Assembly: GCA_963777115.1 (NCBI GenBank)
Contig: CAVZPP010000002.1
Coordinates: 1,355,834-1,419,833 of the forward strand
DNA: 64,000 nt
Source: an uncultured Bacteroidaceae bacterium
GTDB lineage: Bacteria > Bacteroidota > Bacteroidia > Bacteroidales > SM23-62
Direction: 5' to 3'
The notes beneath the pieces are model-generated. The model did not search any database. It had not been told where the DNA came from and saw only the letters and a program-made list of their open reading frames with translations. The translations under genes and the position numbers were made by a program. Numbering within the stretch: position 1 is the stretch's first letter; every line of letters begins with the position of its first letter. Positions 60,288 to 64,000 of the stretch are shown one piece after another.

Positions 60288-61321
60288 TGAGAACAATTAC
60301 TTTTCTATCTCTTCTGTTTCTGATTTCCTGTACCCCTTCCGGGGAAAAGAAATCAGGGACAAGCCCAAAAAATCAGGAAATCTCCGTAGCTCCTGCTATT
60401 ACTTCATTTGAAGGTAAGGCAGCCTTACTTCTTCAGCAATTACAGGATCAGGGAGATTATGTGAATAGCAGGCAGTATCCCAGTATGATCAAACCTGCAA
60501 CGGTTTATGAGGAACTGGATCTAAATAACCTGGTAATTGATATCAGAAATGCTGAATCATTCGGGAAGGGACATATCAAGGGAGCTGTGAATGTTGGAAT
60601 GACCGATCTTTTGTATTTTTTTGAAAATGATATCATTCCATTTAAATACAATAAAATTATCATTGCATGTAATGGGGGACAAAGGTCGTCATATTCAACA
60701 AATCTCCTGAGACTTTTAGGTTACGGAAATGTTTATTCCATGCGCTGGGGTATGGCAGGCTGGCACTCTGACTTTTCAGGCTATCTGGGTGAAAAGTACC
60801 TCTCCAGTGAATACCAGGACATACTGGTATCTGAAAGTCCCGAAAGACCTGCATCGATTAACCAGCCTCAACTTGAGTCCAATGCAACCACCGGAGAAGA
60901 AATTCTGAGGGAAAGGGTAGCTGAACTTCTCTCTACCCCTCCCAGCGAAATATTCATAAAAACACCGGAACTTTTCGAGAATCCGGATAAATATTTCCTG
61001 ATTAACTTTGAGCGCAAGGATAAGTATGAATCAGGTCATATCCCTGGTGCTCACCGTTATAAGCAGCAGGGCACACTTGGGATCCCTTCGGTAATGGGCA
61101 CACTACCGACCGATAAGACGATTGTATTATACTGCGGAACAGGGATGTCTTCAGCATTTGCAGCAGCCTACTTAAGGCTCTTCGGGTACAATGCCAGGTC
61201 GCTTTCTTACGGAACAAACAGCTTTATGTATCAGAAAATGCTGGATGAAAAGGAGGCTCTTTCCTGGCAGCCATTTACCGATGATATCCCGGGCGGATAC
61301 TCCTATGTAAAGGGAAATTAG
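60287..61321 (+). CDS. Tandem-rhodanese lipoprotein (two domains, both with an active-site Cys loop)
   Basis: 344 aa with a signal peptide plus Cys (LISCTPSG). Domain 1 reads VIDIRNAESFGKGHIKGAVN...IIACNGGQRSS. Domain 2 reads ESGHIPGAHRY...IVLYCGTGMSSA. Confidence 0.75.
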   Translation: MRTITFLSLLFLISCTPSGEKKSGTSPKNQEISVAPAITSFEGKAALLLQQLQDQGDYVNSRQYPSMIKPATVYEELDLNNLVIDIRNAESFGKGHIKGAVNVGMTDLLYFFENDIIPFKYNKIIIACNGGQRSSYSTNLLRLLGYGNVYSMRWGMAGWHSDFSGYLGEKYLSSEYQDILVSESPERPASINQPQLESNATTGEEILRERVAELLSTPPSEIFIKTPELFENPDKYFLINFERKDKYESGHIPGAHRYKQQGTLGIPSVMGTLPTDKTIVLYCGTGMSSAFAAAYLRLFGYNARSLSYGTNSFMYQKMLDEKEALSWQPFTDDIPGGYSYVKGN

Positions 61322-61716
61322 TTCCTGTCGAGTATAAGTAGATTCTCGTAACCCATCTGTGTCAGTAATATCCAGGCAGTGGAGGCTGTGGATGTTTCCC
61401 TTGCATAGAGTACAGCCATTTCCTGCTTTGACAGGAATTCATTGATGGATGGTATGTCCAATTCTTCCAGGGGTAGATTAATCGCGCCTGGAATTGCCGA
61501 ATTCAAAAATTCTTCATTGGAACTCAGATCAATAAGTTTCAACTCACCCTTATCCTGCAACAATTCAAGCTGTTGCATGGAAATGATATATTCATTTTCC
61601 CCAATGATTTCTACAATCTCATCAGCATCGAGTATAAAAGAGTCCTTGCCCGGAAGAGCCAGAACTATTAGTAGAACCAGGATGGCTGATATAACATATA
61701 AAAGGTATTTTTTCAT
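61318..61716 (-). CDS. Rhodanese-homology domain protein lacking the catalytic Cys
   Basis: 132 aa with an N-terminal TM/signal helix. It has KLIDLSSNEEFLNSAIPGAINLP, and the active-site loop position reads AVLYARETSTAS (no Cys). Confidence 0.65.
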   Translation of the reverse strand: MKKYLLYVISAILVLLIVLALPGKDSFILDADEIVEIIGENEYIISMQQLELLQDKGELKLIDLSSNEEFLNSAIPGAINLPLEELDIPSINEFLSKQEMAVLYARETSTASTAWILLTQMGYENLLILDRN

Positions 61717-62351
61717 TAATCACATCCTCCCACAAGGTCAGCTTCCTTTTTCCTCTTTACTGACAGATAAACCTTTTTAAGACTATCCGGGAGCTGGTTC
61801 ATACTGGTATAAAATCCCCTGGCCCTGTACCGGGTTTCAAATAGGGCATTTTCAGAGGGACTTATATGTTCACCGGTGAACTCGGATTCCATAATCAGCT
61901 CATTCCACAACTCCAATCCACCTTTCATAATTTTTATCCTGGGGTATCCCAGCTGTGTGCCAAGCATCCAGGCTTCTGAGGAGAGAATATCATTCTTGGA
62001 ATATAGAATCACCATTTTCTCTGGATCATCAAGATATCCTGACCAGTCAGGGTTTAAAATATCCTTAAATGGAATGTTTATAGCCCCCGGAATGTTTTCA
62101 TCAAGATATTCCTCCGGCTCCCGTATATCTATCAGTTGTACTCCAGTATCCTCATAAACAACAAATTTTGCAACCTGGTCGCAGCTGAGAAATCTACCGG
62201 GATCATTTAGCAGAACAATCATTTCCGAAGGTTTCAGTTCATTTGCTGATCTATGCCGGTCAGGCATGATGAATGCCAGGGTGGCAAAAAGGACCAGCAC
62301 AGCGGATACCTGAATCCGGAAGGATATATTTTTATGAAAATCCATGCTCAT
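61716..62351 (-). CDS. Rhodanese-homology domain protein lacking the catalytic Cys
   Basis: 211 aa with an N-terminal helix. It has QLIDIREPEEYLDENIPGAINIP, and the loop position reads VILYSKNDILSS (no Cys). Confidence 0.6.
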   Translation of the reverse strand: MSMDFHKNISFRIQVSAVLVLFATLAFIMPDRHRSANELKPSEMIVLLNDPGRFLSCDQVAKFVVYEDTGVQLIDIREPEEYLDENIPGAINIPFKDILNPDWSGYLDDPEKMVILYSKNDILSSEAWMLGTQLGYPRIKIMKGGLELWNELIMESEFTGEHISPSENALFETRYRARGFYTSMNQLPDSLKKVYLSVKRKKEADLVGGCD

Positions 62352-62984
62352 TTAATAATCGCCGCTTATATCAGGTCTGGCAAATCTTTTTTCAGCTTTT
62401 TCTGCCAGCCAGAACATAAAAACAGCCGCAATAACGACAAGCAGAATAAACAATGAATCACTTATTCCCATGGATTCAGAGAGTTTGATTGCCCCTTTGG
62501 ACCCGGAAATATGAAAGTTTTCTATAAGGGGATAAGTTTCTGCGAACAGAAAGGCACCTATCCCACCACCAAATAGAAAGATGAATGCATCAATTTTGCC
62601 AATGGCAGCAGCACTTATGCCTGTACCTGGACAAAAACCTCCCATGATAAAACCCGCTCCCATAATAATTCCACCGATGAGAGCTGGACCAGGATAAAAA
62701 TAATTATGAAAAACAAGGTTCATATCCAGCATTCCCAGGGAGGACAGTATCCTTGCCCCTATCATGGCAACAATTGCAGCGGTAAAGAAAACCTTGAGAA
62801 CAGTAGCGTCATAACCGTAAAACATCCCGGCAAGTTTTCTGCTGGATGAAAATCCTGCCTGCTCCAGAGCAAAACCAAAACCTATCCCGATTGCAAATGC
62901 AATCAAAAGATTAATGAACTGCCCCGATTCTAATGCCAAAGGTCCCATATTCCTATATCCAGTTTTTTCTGAAAAACCATGCAA
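62352..62984 (-). CDS. YeeE/YedE-family sulfur-compound transporter subunit
   Basis: 210 aa and polytopic, with the conserved Cys motif GGFCPGTG. Confidence 0.8.
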   Translation of the reverse strand: MHGFSEKTGYRNMGPLALESGQFINLLIAFAIGIGFGFALEQAGFSSSRKLAGMFYGYDATVLKVFFTAAIVAMIGARILSSLGMLDMNLVFHNYFYPGPALIGGIIMGAGFIMGGFCPGTGISAAAIGKIDAFIFLFGGGIGAFLFAETYPLIENFHISGSKGAIKLSESMGISDSLFILLVVIAAVFMFWLAEKAEKRFARPDISGDY

Positions 62985-63447
62985 AAAGATAACCTGATCC
63001 GAATATTGCCATCATAGTGACAAACCCGGCAGTGGTCAGGACGGCCATTCCCGAAAGAGCTGCCCCGCTTGTACAACCCCTGGCAAGCTGAGCTCCATAA
63101 ACAAAGAATACACCTCCGAGAAAAGCCATTATCAGGCGCTTCCTGCTGGAAATTTTAGGCGATTTTTCAACCTTCCATGTCAACCTGCCGGATACTGATC
63201 CGGAAATAAAACCTCCTGCCAGCATACCAAGTATCTCCAGCACAAGCCAGTTTTTCAATGGTGAATTACCATCTGCAAAATACTTGCTGTAATAGGATGA
63301 ATTCTGAACATGTTCCTGGCTGCCTGCCCCCACTATGGAAACAACACAGTATTTTATCCCTCCACTTGCTCCCAGTCCCCTGCCTGACAGATACATAGCA
63401 GATAACAGTACCAGTCCCAGTAAGACACCGGCAAGGTAGGGATTCAT
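62953..63447 (-). CDS. YeeE/YedE-family sulfur-compound transporter subunit
   Basis: Polytopic, with the conserved Cys motif ARGCTSGAALSG. I chose the ATG at 63447 (MNPYLAGVLLG). The 186-aa ORF start at 63513 would collide with the divergent gene. It overlaps the downstream YeeE/YedE gene by 32 nt. Confidence 0.75.
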   Translation of the reverse strand: MNPYLAGVLLGLVLLSAMYLSGRGLGASGGIKYCVVSIVGAGSQEHVQNSSYYSKYFADGNSPLKNWLVLEILGMLAGGFISGSVSGRLTWKVEKSPKISSRKRLIMAFLGGVFFVYGAQLARGCTSGAALSGMAVLTTAGFVTMMAIFGSGYLFAWFFRKNWI

Positions 63448-63512
63448 GTATGGTTTTCGCTTTACCATTCCCAAATGTAGAAAAATCTGGAATTCATTGG
63501 TATTTTTATGCA

Positions 63513-64000
63513 ATGAATCGGTTTATTTTACTTGTAACTGGACTACTTTTCTATGTGAATTCTGCCGCCCAGGATGGTTGGGAGCTTAAAAAAGACAGGG
63601 ATGATATCGTAATCTATACCCGGGAGTCCGATGAAAATCCACTGAAGGAATATAAAGCAACAGTGATTCTTAACAGTCCCCTTTCAGAGGTGTATAGTTT
63701 TCTTACAGATCTGGAATACAGACCGGCATGGGTTATTCGGTGCAAGGGACTTCAAATAATCGATACCCTTGACGGTGGAAGCATACGGTATCAGACAAGT
63801 TATGATATACCCTGGCCATTGGCAGACAGGGACCTGCTTGTTCGTGCAGATCTCTCCTATGATAAAGTAAACCGAAGAGCAGAACTTAACACCAGGCATA
63901 CGGACCTGGAATATCCATTGGAAAGCGGAATGGTGAGAATGCCTCTTTATAAGGAACACGTATTTCTTGAAGAAATAGATTCCCATCATACGAAATTCAG
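63513..64000 (+). CDS. START/SRPBCC-superfamily lipid-binding domain protein (partial; the C-terminus runs off the window)
   Basis: Absent from the ORF track because it has no stop in the window. My own translation from the ATG at 63513 gives MNRFILLVTGLLFYVNSAAQDGWELKKDRDDIVIYTRESDENPLKEYKATVILNSPLSEVYSFLTDLEYRPAWV...PWPLADRDLLV.... That is a signal peptide followed by a START-like pattern. Confidence 0.5.
   Translation, partial: MNRFILLVTGLLFYVNSAAQDGWELKKDRDDIVIYTRESDENPLKEYKATVILNSPLSEVYSFLTDLEYRPAWVIRCKGLQIIDTLDGGSIRYQTSYDIPWPLADRDLLVRADLSYDKVNRRAELNTRHTDLEYPLESGMVRMPLYKEHVFLEEIDSHHTKF

Noticed and set aside
1-64000. Search for tRNA/rRNA genes, transposases, integrases, phage or defence-system genes
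   Set aside because: No ORF shows the corresponding motifs. The longest intergenic spacers (about 100-240 nt) contain no tRNA-like T-arm/anticodon structure that I could recognise by eye.

Overview
This window looks like a chromosomal segment of a Bacteroidota genome. The signs are SusC/SusD pairs, a hybrid two-component regulator, many lipoproteins and AT-rich intergenic DNA. I recognised no rRNA, tRNA, CRISPR array, transposase, integrase or phage/defence gene.

Positions 1 to about 36.9 kb form one large minus-strand polysaccharide-utilisation locus (PUL). It contains two tandem SusC/SusD pairs, a GH110-like beta-helix enzyme and a hybrid sensor kinase/AraC regulator. It also contains three GH29 alpha-L-fucosidases, an S1 sulfatase and two further putative glycoside hydrolases. 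Three less usual modules sit inside it:
- Parts of a 3-keto-glycoside (oxidative) cleavage route: a ThuA-DUF1080 fusion, a secreted xylose-isomerase-like TIM barrel and a Tat-exported Gfo/Idh/MocA enzyme.
- A sugar-acid branch: a DlgD/YiaK-like dehydrogenase, a tartrate/D-malate dehydrogenase and a DASS symporter.
- A translationally coupled three-gene operon that looks like nucleotide-sugar salvage: a GalU-like nucleotidyltransferase, a fucokinase-type GHMP kinase with an unrecognised N-terminal half, and a UDPGP-family pyrophosphorylase.

The remaining 27 kb carries assorted genes:
- Transport, redox and membrane genes: an ABC exporter, dodecin, an MFS sugar porter, an Old Yellow Enzyme, a CPBP protease, hemolysin III, an aldo/keto reductase, a VPS10/BNR protein and a GT22-like glycosyltransferase.
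- A cold-shock protein, a DUF763 protein and a large Tyr/Gly-rich secreted protein.
- An array of four lipoproteins and a YeeE/YedE-rhodanese sulfur cluster.

The most pervasive signal is at the sequence level. At least 13 reading-frame lesions fall in 9 otherwise well-conserved genes, so this is either recent pseudogenisation or an indel-prone assembly. No classic novel system such as a defence island is evident. The best candidates for new biology are the salvage operon and the oxidative module embedded in the PUL. All family calls come from motif recognition by eye, not from database searches.
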